From contig NZ_OZ245749.1 of NCBI RefSeq assembly GCF_965227415.1, positions 155,653 through 219,652 of the forward strand: a stretch of DNA of 64,000 nt. The letters are read 5' to 3'. Position numbers and translations under genes: made by a program. Below, one piece after another: positions 1-9,977 of this stretch. The notes below the pieces were generated by a model that was given only the letters and a program-made list of their open reading frames with translations, had not been told where the DNA came from and did no database searches. The first letter of the stretch is position 1; the number at the start of each line of letters is the position of its first letter. This DNA is from Sphingopyxis sp. GTDB lineage: Bacteria; Pseudomonadota; Alphaproteobacteria; Sphingomonadales; Sphingomonadaceae.

Positions 1-1017
1 TGGACGCTCGGCACCTTGCTCACCGCCTTCGCGCCAAGCGCGGGATTGCTGACCGCAGCGCGGATGCTCGTCGGCATCGGATCGACCGGATCGCTCACCG
101 CCGCGCTGTCGCTGTGCGCCGATTATTGTGCGCCCGATCAGCGCGGCCGCGCGATGCTGATCGTCAATCTGGGCAAGGCGCTGGGCGTAGCGCTCGGCTT
201 TGCGCTGACCGGCTGGCTGTTCGGCCTGCTCGCCGACTTTAGCGCGCCCGGCTGGCTCGCCGCGATGGCGCCCTGGCGCAGCGCGCATGTGCTTCTGGCT
301 GCGATCAGCGCGTTGTGCCTGTTGCCGCTGCTGTTCCTGCGCGAACCCGAACGGCGCGAGGTTGAGGCCAGCCCCGACGCGCCGTTCCGCATCGTTGTCG
401 CCGAGCTATGGGCCCGCCGCGCCTTTCTGGGTCCGCTCTTCGCGGGGCAGGTCGCGGTCGTCATGGCCGATGTGGCCGCAACCGTGTGGGTCGCGCCGGT
501 GCTGTCGCGTGACTTCGCGCTCCAGCCACAGCAGTTCGCAGGCTGGGTTGGCGCGCTGATGTTCGGCACGGGCGTTGCAGGCGCGGTGCTCGGCGGTATT
601 TCGGCCGACATCGGACAGAAAAGCCGCCGCCGCGGCGGCATCCTGCTGGGCGCTGTGATCGCCGCGGGGATCGGGGTGCCAGCCGCGCTGTTTCCGCTGA
701 TGCCCAGCGTGACCGGGCTTGCGGTCGCGCTTGGCGTCCTGTCGATGTGCGGCGCGGTGACCGGTCTTGTTGTGTCGGTCGCGCTGACCGTGCTGCTTCC
801 CAACGAGTTGCGCGGCCTGTGCATCGGCGCCTTCATCGCGGTTGCCGGGTTGATCGGTTTCGGCCTGGCACCGTGGGTGGTGACGCGCGTAAGTGCCCTG
901 ATGGGCGGCGAAGCAATGCTGGCCGAAGCGCTGGCGCTGGTGGGGGTGATCGTCAGCGCGCTGTCCTTCCTTGCTTTCCTTCTCGCGATGCGGCGCGCTC
1001 CGGAACCTATCAGATAG
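1..1017 (+). CDS. MFS transporter, C-terminal part (5' end outside window)
   Basis: The frame of ORF 16..1017 stays open back to base 1. The product is almost entirely hydrophobic helices and carries an MFS-type loop motif (D-Q-R-G-R-A-M). Confidence 0.75.
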   Translation, partial: WTLGTLLTAFAPSAGLLTAARMLVGIGSTGSLTAALSLCADYCAPDQRGRAMLIVNLGKALGVALGFALTGWLFGLLADFSAPGWLAAMAPWRSAHVLLAAISALCLLPLLFLREPERREVEASPDAPFRIVVAELWARRAFLGPLFAGQVAVVMADVAATVWVAPVLSRDFALQPQQFAGWVGALMFGTGVAGAVLGGISADIGQKSRRRGGILLGAVIAAGIGVPAALFPLMPSVTGLAVALGVLSMCGAVTGLVVSVALTVLLPNELRGLCIGAFIAVAGLIGFGLAPWVVTRVSALMGGEAMLAEALALVGVIVSALSFLAFLLAMRRAPEPIR

Positions 1018-1068
1018 GTCTTGCGAAAGCTGTAAGATAGGTGTAGGCGGGGTTCAGGGAGAATTGCC

Positions 1069-1818
1069 ATGCCGTCCAAGCATCCTGTCATCGTGTCGCC
1101 CGAAATGACCACCTTCATCGGCCGCGGCGCGTGTGACCGCATGCTGTTGCCGCCCGACGCGCTGTTGCTCGGCTTTGGCGACGTCGGGGAGCCGGTGGTG
1201 CGAACGCTGGCGTTTCGCGAACTGGAAGGCGAAGAGCATCTGCTCGTCTTCGCGGTGTCGCGCAGCGCATGCCGCCGCCTGTTCGGCGACCTGCCTGACC
1301 CTGACGCGCGCTGGTACCTGCCATCGGATCTGCGCGCGCTCGGCCAGTCGATCGTCGCGCCCGATTGCGACGCCGCCGCGACCGACACGCTGCGGCTGGC
1401 GCGTAGCATCGAATTGCTCTGCCAGTTTTTTGCCGCGTTGCGAGCCGGCGATCTCGTCGCGGTCGAAGGCCAGCCGAGCCTGACCGAGAGCGACATTGCG
1501 CGGATCGCGGCGGCGCGGCGGATCGTCGACACGCGCTGGCACGAGAAATGGACGATCGACGATATTGCAAAAAGCTGCGGGCTCAATCGCGACAAGCTGA
1601 CGCGCGGGTTTCGCGAGCTCTATCAATGTGGCGTCGCCGAGGCACTGAGCGAGCGGCGGCTGCGTCAGGCGCGGCAGATGCTGGCAGCGAGCGACCTGCC
1701 GGTGGGCAGCATCGGTTATCGCTGCGGCTATCTCAACAACGCCAGCTTCACGCGCGCCTTCTCGCGCCGCTTTGGCATGGCGCCGACCGCGATGCGCCGC
1801 GTGGGCGTGGCCGCATGA
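1069..1818 (+). CDS. AraC family transcriptional regulator
   Basis: The C-terminal double HTH is typical of AraC/XylS (WTIDDIAKSCGLNRDKLTRGFRE...GYLNNASFTRAFSRRFGMAP). ATG start at 1069. Confidence 0.85.
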   Translation: MPSKHPVIVSPEMTTFIGRGACDRMLLPPDALLLGFGDVGEPVVRTLAFRELEGEEHLLVFAVSRSACRRLFGDLPDPDARWYLPSDLRALGQSIVAPDCDAAATDTLRLARSIELLCQFFAALRAGDLVAVEGQPSLTESDIARIAAARRIVDTRWHEKWTIDDIAKSCGLNRDKLTRGFRELYQCGVAEALSERRLRQARQMLAASDLPVGSIGYRCGYLNNASFTRAFSRRFGMAPTAMRRVGVAA

Positions 1819-2522
1819 GCGGAATGATCGACCTCGGCGCGCGCGGCTCGCTGGTCGACCGGGCGGTCGAATCGGTGCGCGACTTCATCCGCGCCAACGA
1901 TCTGAAGGTCGGCGATACGCTGCCGGGCGAGGGCAGCTTTGCAACGCAACTCGGCGTCAGCCGGCCTGTGATGCGCGAAGCGTTCGGCGCGCTCGCCGCG
2001 CTCCGCCTCGTCGACGTCGGCAACGGGCGCAAGCCACGCGTCGGCGCGATCGACGGGTCGGTGATGGCGGCGTCGATGGGGCACGCTGTAAACACCGCGC
2101 AAGTGTCGCTCGCCGACGTGTGGGACGTGCGCCGCACGCTCGAACTGCGCACCGCCGAACTGGCGGCGGTCAACCGCAGCGACGACCAGGCGCGCGCGAT
2201 CCTGACGGCCGCGCACGGCCTGTCGGTCGGGCATGACGAAGCCGCGCGCACCGCCGCCGACACCGCCTTTCACCAGACGATCGCAGAGGCGAGCGGCAAT
2301 CAGCTGTTCCACCAGATCGTGCGCTCGTTCGAGCAATTGATGGCCGTCGCCATCCCGCGCGCCTGGGCAGGGCGCACGACGCATCACGAGCGCGACGAGA
2401 CGCTGGCGCTCCACCGCGAGGTCGCCGAGGCGATCGCGGCGCGCGACCCCGTGCGCGCGCGGGCTGCGATGGAAAGCCACTTCAACAATTCGATCGGCGA
2501 GATGCTGAAGGACCAGTTCTGA
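1815..2522 (+). CDS. GntR/FadR family transcriptional regulator
   Basis: N-terminal winged HTH (LPGEGSFATQLGVSRPVMREAFGALAALRLVDV) followed by an FCD-type helical C-terminal domain. The ATG at 1815 overlaps the AraC stop (ATGA). Confidence 0.85.
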   Translation: MSGMIDLGARGSLVDRAVESVRDFIRANDLKVGDTLPGEGSFATQLGVSRPVMREAFGALAALRLVDVGNGRKPRVGAIDGSVMAASMGHAVNTAQVSLADVWDVRRTLELRTAELAAVNRSDDQARAILTAAHGLSVGHDEAARTAADTAFHQTIAEASGNQLFHQIVRSFEQLMAVAIPRAWAGRTTHHERDETLALHREVAEAIAARDPVRARAAMESHFNNSIGEMLKDQF

Positions 2523-2544
2523 CGCGAGCCGATTAACGCCCGGC

Positions 2545-3471
2545 CTAACTCGAGAAAAAGCGCAGCACCTCTTCCTTGAACTCGAGCGTCAGCCGCGACG
2601 GGCGCGATACGTTCGACACTGCGAAGGCATATTCGTGCAGGATCGGCGGGTCGAAGCGTCGCGCGACGAGCGGCGCGTGCAGATAGGGTTTGACCAGCAG
2701 CTCGTTCAAAATCGCCATCCCATTGCCTTTCGCCGCCAGCGCGCAGGCGGAGCCGTGGGTGTGCGTTTCGATCGCGACGCTGGGCCGCAGCCCGAACGCG
2801 GCGAAGGCGGCATCGACCTGTGCCCGCCAATGGCGTCCGGCGCCGAGCAGGATCAACGGATGGTTGCCGATTGCCGCGGGCGTGATGGTGTCGAGCGCGG
2901 CAAGCGGATGGTCGTCGCGCATCACGCACACCGAACCGCTCGACACGATCTGGTCGGCCGCGATATCGCTTTCGTCGGTCGGCAGCTTGACGAAGCCGCA
3001 GTCGACATAGCGCATCGCGATCATCGATCGCGCGGTTTCGACGCTGCGCGAATCGATACTGAACTCGACCCCCGGAAAGCGCTCGCGGAATTGCGACACG
3101 ATGTCGGGGAGCACCCCTTCGGCAAAGCTCGGCGGCGCGACGATCCGCACCGTTCCTGCCGAATATCCGGCGATATCGCGGACCAGGCTGTTGAACCGGT
3201 CGAGGCTGGAAAGCGTCAACTCGACCTCCTGGATCAGCTTGGTGCCATCAGCGGTAGGAACCAGCTTGCCGCGGTCGCGATAGAAAAGGTCGAAACCGAC
3301 ATTCGCCTCCAATTGCGCGATCAGTCGGCTGACCGCGGGCTGCGACAGCGACAATTGTTTGCCCGCCGCGGTGGCCGAGCCGGTTCGCATGATCTCCGCA
3401 AAGACGCGCAGCGCGCGAAAGCTGACATCCTTGTCGGGCTCGACGCCCGCCGGTGCCGGCGGTTTCGGCAT
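2545..3471 (-). CDS. LysR family transcriptional regulator
   Basis: N-terminal LysR HTH (FRALRVFAEIMRTGSATAAGKQLSLSQPAVSRLIAQLE) plus a substrate-binding domain. Start placed at the internal Met (cat 3469-3471), one nt after the upstream stop. Confidence 0.85.
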   Translation of the reverse strand: MPKPPAPAGVEPDKDVSFRALRVFAEIMRTGSATAAGKQLSLSQPAVSRLIAQLEANVGFDLFYRDRGKLVPTADGTKLIQEVELTLSSLDRFNSLVRDIAGYSAGTVRIVAPPSFAEGVLPDIVSQFRERFPGVEFSIDSRSVETARSMIAMRYVDCGFVKLPTDESDIAADQIVSSGSVCVMRDDHPLAALDTITPAAIGNHPLILLGAGRHWRAQVDAAFAAFGLRPSVAIETHTHGSACALAAKGNGMAILNELLVKPYLHAPLVARRFDPPILHEYAFAVSNVSRPSRLTLEFKEEVLRFFSS

Positions 3472-3472
3472 G

Positions 3473-5302
3473 TCAGGCCGTTTCCGTCGCCGCGATGACG
3501 GGCAACAGGATGCGCGAGGATTGTCCTGGCCCGAAATACACGCTGTTTTGCGCCGGGCGCGGCGGCTCGCCGTCGACCCGCCAGTCGCTGTTCGGATTGA
3601 TGTCGAAATGCGGAAAATTGCTGCCGGCGATTTCAATGCGGATCCGGTGCCCCGCACAGAAGCGGTTGCTCATCGGAAAGGACGCAATCTTCACCGGATA
3701 GACCTTTCCGTTTTCCATCGGTTCGGTCGCCTCGAACGAGTTCCGGAACCGCAGCCGCAAGATGCCGTGCGCGATGTTGAGCGCATAGCCATCGGGATAG
3801 TCCGCGTTCGGCGGGTAAACATCAACGACTTTGATCGTGATATCGGTATCAACCGCGTCCGAGCTGACGAACAGCTCCGCCACCACCTGCCCGGTGAGTT
3901 CGACATCGGCGTCGAGCGTAGCGGTGTCGAAGACAAGGACGTCGGGACGTTCGGCGATGGAAGGATAGGGCGGTTTCGATCCGAAGAAGTCCGGACCTTC
4001 GCGCTGGTCGAAGCCGCCGGCTTCCATCACCGGCGCGCCCGATGCGATCGCGCCGCCGATCGTCGGCACCGGATGATGCGGATCGTGGGTGAAGTTGCGG
4101 CTGCCGGGCACGCTCGCGGGGTCGTGCTTAAGTTCGCCGTCGCTGCCGAGATAAAGCGTCGTCAGCTGCGTTCCGGGAAGCGGCCAGGTCGCTGCGGCGC
4201 GCCAGCTTCCCCCATGGTCCAGGCGACCGCTGGGGAGACGGCGCCCCGAACCGCCGCCCATGGTAAAGAGATAGACGGCGTCGGGCAGAGGATCGGCCGG
4301 CGCGCCCTTCAGATGGTGGTCGAACCAGCGCCGCCGCAAGCCGACATAATCGCCAAAAACGTCGTCGAGTGTCGATGCGGCGCCGAAATCGACGTCTCCC
4401 GCATAGGTCAGCGATCGTTTGCCGTGCGTCCAGGGCCCCATGATCAGCTTCACCGGGCCGCGCTTGCGCGCCGCAAGACCGGTGAAATTCTCGATCGCGG
4501 TGAGGGCATAGGGGTCGTACCAGCTCGACATATGGACCATCGGCACGTCGGCGAATTCGTCGTACCAGCCGCGCGCATAGATGCCGCGCTGCTTCCAGAA
4601 GTCGGAAAGCCGTTCTTCCTTCCATTGTTCGAGGATGAAGGATTCATATTCGGGCGCGGCGCTGATCGGCGAGTGGCCGGGCGCCCATTTGTCGACGCCG
4701 ATCCAGTCGCGGATGTCGACGGCCTCAAGCGCTTCGCGCCGCGCGGCGTCCTCCATCGTCTCGCGCGCCAGCAGAGCGTGTTTCAGCGCCCAGGTCAGCT
4801 GCTTGAGTTCATAGGCCCCGCCCTGCCGAATGCCGCTGTGATAGGCGCTCGAAAAGCCGCCCGAGTCGAGGAACATCGCCGCGAGTCCCGGCGGATTCAG
4901 GCTGGCAAGCGCGGCCTGGACATGCGCGCCATAGGACAGCCCCAATGTCGCGATCGCGCCGTTGCACCAGGGCTGCGTGCGGATCCAGGCGAGCGTGTCG
5001 GCGCCGTCTTCGGCCTCCGACATATATTTGCGAAAGACGCCTTCGGACCCATATCGGCCGCGGCAATCCTGGAGGACGAAGGCATAGCCGTGCGATGCAA
5101 AGATGCGCGCGATGTCGGGTTTCGAGAGCGGGGTTTCGTTTGCGACCGAAAAGTCGGCGTGGTTCGTACCCGCTTTGTCATAGGGCGTGCGTTCGAGGAG
5201 GACCGGCAAGGCCGACGCATCGCCGGAAAGATAGATGTCGGTCGCCAGGCGAACGCCGTCGCGCATCGGCACCATGACGTCGCGAAGAATCCGGATGTCC
5301 AT
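3473..5302 (-). CDS. CocE/NonD family hydrolase (peptidase S15, X-Pro dipeptidyl-peptidase-like)
   Basis: MDIRILRDVMVPMRDGVRLATDIY...LERTPYDK...DCRGRYGSEG...LGLSYG is the family signature. The long ORF 3473..6139 is trimmed to the Met at 5302. Confidence 0.85.
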   Translation of the reverse strand: MDIRILRDVMVPMRDGVRLATDIYLSGDASALPVLLERTPYDKAGTNHADFSVANETPLSKPDIARIFASHGYAFVLQDCRGRYGSEGVFRKYMSEAEDGADTLAWIRTQPWCNGAIATLGLSYGAHVQAALASLNPPGLAAMFLDSGGFSSAYHSGIRQGGAYELKQLTWALKHALLARETMEDAARREALEAVDIRDWIGVDKWAPGHSPISAAPEYESFILEQWKEERLSDFWKQRGIYARGWYDEFADVPMVHMSSWYDPYALTAIENFTGLAARKRGPVKLIMGPWTHGKRSLTYAGDVDFGAASTLDDVFGDYVGLRRRWFDHHLKGAPADPLPDAVYLFTMGGGSGRRLPSGRLDHGGSWRAAATWPLPGTQLTTLYLGSDGELKHDPASVPGSRNFTHDPHHPVPTIGGAIASGAPVMEAGGFDQREGPDFFGSKPPYPSIAERPDVLVFDTATLDADVELTGQVVAELFVSSDAVDTDITIKVVDVYPPNADYPDGYALNIAHGILRLRFRNSFEATEPMENGKVYPVKIASFPMSNRFCAGHRIRIEIAGSNFPHFDINPNSDWRVDGEPPRPAQNSVYFGPGQSSRILLPVIAATETA

Positions 5303-5310
5303 CGTTTCGA

Positions 5311-6849
5311 TCACCGCGCAGGCATCGCATAGGTCGAGGGCGCGCCGGGTCCGACGGGCCAGTCGAAGCCGGTCCACAGCCCGACGAGGCAGAGACCGGT
5401 CAGGCCGATGGCGATCGAGAAGGGCAGCATCATCGCGATCAGCGACCCGACGCCGAAATCCTTGCGCCAGCGCTGTGCGAGGACCAGCACTAGCACGAAA
5501 TTCGACGCGACGGGCGTTACGATATTGAAGATCGAATCTCCCATTCGATACGCGGCGGTGGTCATTTCGGGCGATACGCCCAGAAGCATCAACATCGGCA
5601 CGACGATCGGCGCCATCGCACTCCATTTCGCCGACGCCGACCCGATGACGAGGTCGAAGACCGACGACATCAAGAGGAGCAGGATCAGCATGACTGGCGT
5701 CGCGAGATGTTGCGCGCGCAGCCAGTCGGCTCCGTTGATCGCCATCACCGGGCCAAGGTTCGACCAGGCGAACATCGCGATGAAATGCGCGGCGAAAAAC
5801 GAAATGACGAGGAAGGGGGTCATCGTCGCAAGCCCTTCGGTCATCATCTTGACGACGTCGCGATGTGATCCGATCGATCCGACCGCCGCGCCATAGACCC
5901 AGCCGCAGACGAGAAAGAGCAGCATGAAGCCCGCGACGAGCGAGGCGTAAAAGGGCTCGAGCCGCGCGGGGCCGGATGCGGCGGTGTCGACCAGCGGGGT
6001 ATAGCCCGGCCAGAAGGTGAAGGCCGCGAACACAAGCGCAATGATCAGCGCGGCGAAGCCGGCGCGGCGAAGCCCTCTCCGCTGGTCGGCGGGATCGGCG
6101 TCGTCCTGGCTTTCGCCTTCGGGAAGCGTGCCGGTCCATTTCCCCAGCCGTGGTTCGACTATCCGGTCGTTCACATACCAGGTGACGGGGATCAGGATCA
6201 CGCCGAGCGCGGCGGTGAAATACCAGTTGCCGAGCGGATTGAGCATATGATCGGGAACGAGCAGCGCCGTCGCCGATTTGGTGATGCCCAGCATCAGCAC
6301 GTCGAACTGACCCGGCAACAGATTGGCGGCGAAGGCGCCCGAAATGCCGGCATAGGCGATCGCGATTCCCGACAGCGGATGGCGTCCCGCCGCGGCGAAG
6401 ATGATCGCCGACAGCGGGATCAGCACGACGTAGGCAGCGTCGGCGGCCTGATGCGACAAAAGCCCGATCAGGAAGATGGCAGGGCTGAGGAAGCGGTTCG
6501 AAACGCCGCGCATCGCGCGCGCCATCAGCGCGGTGAACAGGCCCGAGCGTTCGGCGACCGCTGCACCGAGCATGACGACGAGGATCAGCCCGAGCGGCGG
6601 GAAATTTGCCATCGTTTCAGGCATGTCGGTCAGCAGCTTGCCGACATTCTCCGCCGAGAGCAGGCTTTTGGCGGTCAGGGTCTCACCGGTGACGGGATTG
6701 ACGGCGCTCCACCCCAGCAGTGCGGCAGCGACCGACGCCGCGACGAGCAGGGCGATCAACCCCAGGAAGATGAAGACCGGGTCGGGCAGGGCATTTCCCC
6801 AGCGCTCCACCCGGTCGAGCCACCTGCGCGTCTTGCTGTCCGCTGACAT
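5311..6849 (-). CDS. AbgT family transporter (p-aminobenzoyl-glutamate / peptide-type transporter)
   Basis: N-terminus MSADSKTRRWLDRVERWGNALPDPVFIFL and a polytopic body are typical of AbgT/MtrF. Confidence 0.85.
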   Translation of the reverse strand: MSADSKTRRWLDRVERWGNALPDPVFIFLGLIALLVAASVAAALLGWSAVNPVTGETLTAKSLLSAENVGKLLTDMPETMANFPPLGLILVVMLGAAVAERSGLFTALMARAMRGVSNRFLSPAIFLIGLLSHQAADAAYVVLIPLSAIIFAAAGRHPLSGIAIAYAGISGAFAANLLPGQFDVLMLGITKSATALLVPDHMLNPLGNWYFTAALGVILIPVTWYVNDRIVEPRLGKWTGTLPEGESQDDADPADQRRGLRRAGFAALIIALVFAAFTFWPGYTPLVDTAASGPARLEPFYASLVAGFMLLFLVCGWVYGAAVGSIGSHRDVVKMMTEGLATMTPFLVISFFAAHFIAMFAWSNLGPVMAINGADWLRAQHLATPVMLILLLLMSSVFDLVIGSASAKWSAMAPIVVPMLMLLGVSPEMTTAAYRMGDSIFNIVTPVASNFVLVLVLAQRWRKDFGVGSLIAMMLPFSIAIGLTGLCLVGLWTGFDWPVGPGAPSTYAMPAR

Positions 6850-6912
6850 GGTCGAGCCGCCCCGCATTCTGGTCCAGGGATGGCCGCGCCGAGCCCGGCG
6901 CGGCCGATCCGG

Positions 6913-9822
6913 TTACATCTTCACCGAGAAACTGGCGTAAAGGAAGCGGCCACGCGCATCATAGGTGTAGATGTCGTAATTGATGGGCGCGTTGGCGTAG
7001 GAAGCGGGCGGCGCCTTGTCGAAGAGATTGTTGACGCCCAGACTGAAGCGCGCGGCATCGCCGTCGATGTTGAAGCCGATTTCGAGGTCGGTGTAGATGA
7101 TCGAGCGCGTCCGGTCGTTCTTGACCGTATTCACCGCATCGGTCGTCGGGCCGATATAGCGCGCGCGCAAGGTCGCATCGACCAGGTCGCCGGTCCAGCC
7201 GAGCGACGCCTGGCCTTTCCAGCGCGGGTAGGTCGCGCGCGGCGTATCGCCGCGCCCTGCGCGTTCGTCGACGATCGGCGCGCCGCCCGCGGGGTTGGGC
7301 GCCGTGGTCTTGAACGAATGGAGATAGGAGGTGTCGACCACCGCCGAAATACGGCCGATGCCCGTGTTGAAGTCATAGCGCAGCGTCGCATCGACCCCGT
7401 CGGTCGTGATCGAGTTGAGGTTCTGAGCCCCCTGCAGCAATTCGAGGATCGCGCCGGTCCCGGTGTCGCGGTTCACCAGGTCGCAGAACACGCCGCCGCG
7501 CAGTGCGCACAGCTGAAGGATCTGGGTCGGCGTTTGCGCCGCGATCGCGTTGTTGATCTTGATCTTGTAATAATCGACCGTCAGCGACAGGCCGCGCACC
7601 CCGCTGGGCGTGACCGAGACGCCGGCGCTGAAGGTGTCGGCGGTTTCGGGCTTCAGATTGCTGTTGCCGCTGATGACCCCCGGAATCAGGCCGTTGAGGT
7701 TGAAGTTCGCCTGATTATAGCCAGTCGGAACGCCCGCGCAGCCGGGCAGGCCGGGATTGGCGGATGCGCCGCCATTACAGGGGTCGGCACCCTGAAAGCT
7801 CGTCTGGCGGGCGCCCTGATACAGCTCGAGGATGGACGGGGCGCGGAAGCCTTGCGAATAAGTGCCGCGGAACAGAATATCCTCGATCGGACGATAGCCG
7901 ACACCGACTTTCAACGTCGCCTTGTTGCCGACAGTCGAATAGTCCGAATAGCGGCCGGCCAGGCTGAGCTCGAGGCTTTCGGCGAAAGGCTGGTCGCGGA
8001 AGATCGGCACGTTGAGTTCGGCATAGGCTTCGTGAAGGTCGTAGCTGCCGACGGTCGGAGTGCGCGTCTGTCCCGTCGTCTTCGTATAGAGCGCCGGATT
8101 CAGGAAGGTCGGCGGTGCGTTCACGATCGGATCGGGCGCGTCGAAGCCGCGGTTCTGGCGATATTCGTAGCCGACCGCGAGAGCGACCGGGCCCGCGGGC
8201 AGATCGAACAGATTGCCAGTGACATTGAACGCCGCATTGTAGAGTTCGGTGCGGTTATACTCGCGCGTCGTAAAGCGGATATAGGCTGCCTGTGCGGGCG
8301 TCATCGGCGCGAAAAGGTTGATCGGCACGCAGCCGGCATTCGCGGCGCAGGTGGCGGGCGAGCCGAGGCCGAGGAACAGATTGTCGTAATTGATGCCGTT
8401 TTCGGCGACCGTGTCGATGCTGTTCTTCGAATAGGACCCGAAGACGTCCCAGCGCCATTCGCCGCCGCCGATCTGGAAGGTTCCATCGACGCCGACCGAG
8501 AAGCGGATCGTCTCGACATCCTGCACATTGTTGCGGTTGCCGACGTCGGTCATCACCTTGCGGATGCGCCACGCGCTGTTCGCGGCAAAGCCCAGCGCAT
8601 TGCCAGCGGGCACGCCGTTCGCGGTGCCGAACGGATTGAACGCCTGATTGTTGGGGATCGCAAAGCCGCGCACGGTCCCGGCGCTGCCGCCGATGTCGAG
8701 CAGGACCGGCGAGAAGAGCTGGTTCGACTTGCGCCGGTTATAGACGCCCTCGAGCTTGATCGTGACGTCGTCGGTCAGTTCATAGTCGAAGCGGCCGTAC
8801 ACGCCGTAGCGCTCCGACGGGCCCGCCGAATAAATGCCCTGCGCCTGCGTATTATAGAAGTCGCCGGGCAAGGCGCCGAGGTGGAACGCGTTGTCGGCGA
8901 GGTTACCGGCGCCGATCGTCGCGCCATTGTTCAGTACGATCGGGTTCGTTGCGTTCGCGAAGCCTGCGGGCGTCCCGAAATAGCCGTTCGCCGCCAGACC
9001 CGGCAGGATGAATAGCCCATTGGGGTTCGTGCCCACCGCCGTCACCGGAACGAGCGTTTGCGTGGTCAGCGCGCGGGCGTCGGTGCGGATCGCGCGCGAT
9101 TTGAAATAGCTGCCCGACAGGATGACGGAGGCCCGGTCCCACGTCTTGCCGACGGTCAGCTTCGCCGACAGCTCGCTTCCGTCGCCATGGCTGGTGATGC
9201 CGGCGCGCACCGAGCCGCGCAGCCCGTCGAACGGCTGCACCGTCTTGATATTGACGACGCCCGCAATCGCATCGGCGCCATAGATGGCGGAGGCGCCATC
9301 CTTCAAAATCTCGATGCCGTCGATCATGCCCTGCGGCAGCGTGTTGAGATCGACAAAGTCGCGGAAACCGCGCTGGCCGACGCCGTCGACCCAGCGATGT
9401 CCGTCGACGAGAACGAGGACGCGGTTGCCGCTGCCCTCGGCTCCGCCCAGATAGCGCAGATTGATCGAGCTGGCGCCATAGGAGGTGCCCTGCGTGCCAT
9501 TGGAATTGAGGCTGACGCCCGCCGATGGCAGTTTCTGCAGCAGGTCGCCGATCGACGAGGTTCCCGACTTGGTGATATCTTCCGACGTCAGCGTCAGGAT
9601 CGGCCCGACCGAGGCGGCGTCCTTTCGCCCGATGCGCGAACCCGTCACGATGATGTCGCCGCCGGAGTCAGCATCCGTGGCATCCGGCGCCACTTCGTCA
9701 GCGCCGGCTGCCTGGGCGTAGGCCAGTGCGGGCCAGGCGAAGGCGCTCAGGCTGATGCCGGCGGCGGCGGCCAATCTGGCGAGCTGGCAGCGCCGGGCGA
9801 AGCGAGCGGATGCGATAGTCAT
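6913..9822 (-). CDS. TonB-dependent receptor
   Basis: Signal peptide ending AYAQ, a plug domain (DIIVTGSR...LTSEDI...IEILKDGASAIYGADAIAGVVNI), and a long beta-barrel rich in aromatic/Gly repeats. Confidence 0.9.
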   Translation of the reverse strand: MTIASARFARRCQLARLAAAAGISLSAFAWPALAYAQAAGADEVAPDATDADSGGDIIVTGSRIGRKDAASVGPILTLTSEDITKSGTSSIGDLLQKLPSAGVSLNSNGTQGTSYGASSINLRYLGGAEGSGNRVLVLVDGHRWVDGVGQRGFRDFVDLNTLPQGMIDGIEILKDGASAIYGADAIAGVVNIKTVQPFDGLRGSVRAGITSHGDGSELSAKLTVGKTWDRASVILSGSYFKSRAIRTDARALTTQTLVPVTAVGTNPNGLFILPGLAANGYFGTPAGFANATNPIVLNNGATIGAGNLADNAFHLGALPGDFYNTQAQGIYSAGPSERYGVYGRFDYELTDDVTIKLEGVYNRRKSNQLFSPVLLDIGGSAGTVRGFAIPNNQAFNPFGTANGVPAGNALGFAANSAWRIRKVMTDVGNRNNVQDVETIRFSVGVDGTFQIGGGEWRWDVFGSYSKNSIDTVAENGINYDNLFLGLGSPATCAANAGCVPINLFAPMTPAQAAYIRFTTREYNRTELYNAAFNVTGNLFDLPAGPVALAVGYEYRQNRGFDAPDPIVNAPPTFLNPALYTKTTGQTRTPTVGSYDLHEAYAELNVPIFRDQPFAESLELSLAGRYSDYSTVGNKATLKVGVGYRPIEDILFRGTYSQGFRAPSILELYQGARQTSFQGADPCNGGASANPGLPGCAGVPTGYNQANFNLNGLIPGVISGNSNLKPETADTFSAGVSVTPSGVRGLSLTVDYYKIKINNAIAAQTPTQILQLCALRGGVFCDLVNRDTGTGAILELLQGAQNLNSITTDGVDATLRYDFNTGIGRISAVVDTSYLHSFKTTAPNPAGGAPIVDERAGRGDTPRATYPRWKGQASLGWTGDLVDATLRARYIGPTTDAVNTVKNDRTRSIIYTDLEIGFNIDGDAARFSLGVNNLFDKAPPASYANAPINYDIYTYDARGRFLYASFSVKM

Positions 9823-9977
9823 GTCAGGTCCCCCATTTTCGATTCGGTCCCTGGCTTAGGGGCAAGTCGGCCACCGAAAAATATTATGACAGGCTTGGAT
9901 GCATCCATAACAAAAGCGCATGACGTTGCCCGCCATCTCGCAATCTTATTATATGATGCGAAAGGGAGGGACAAAGA

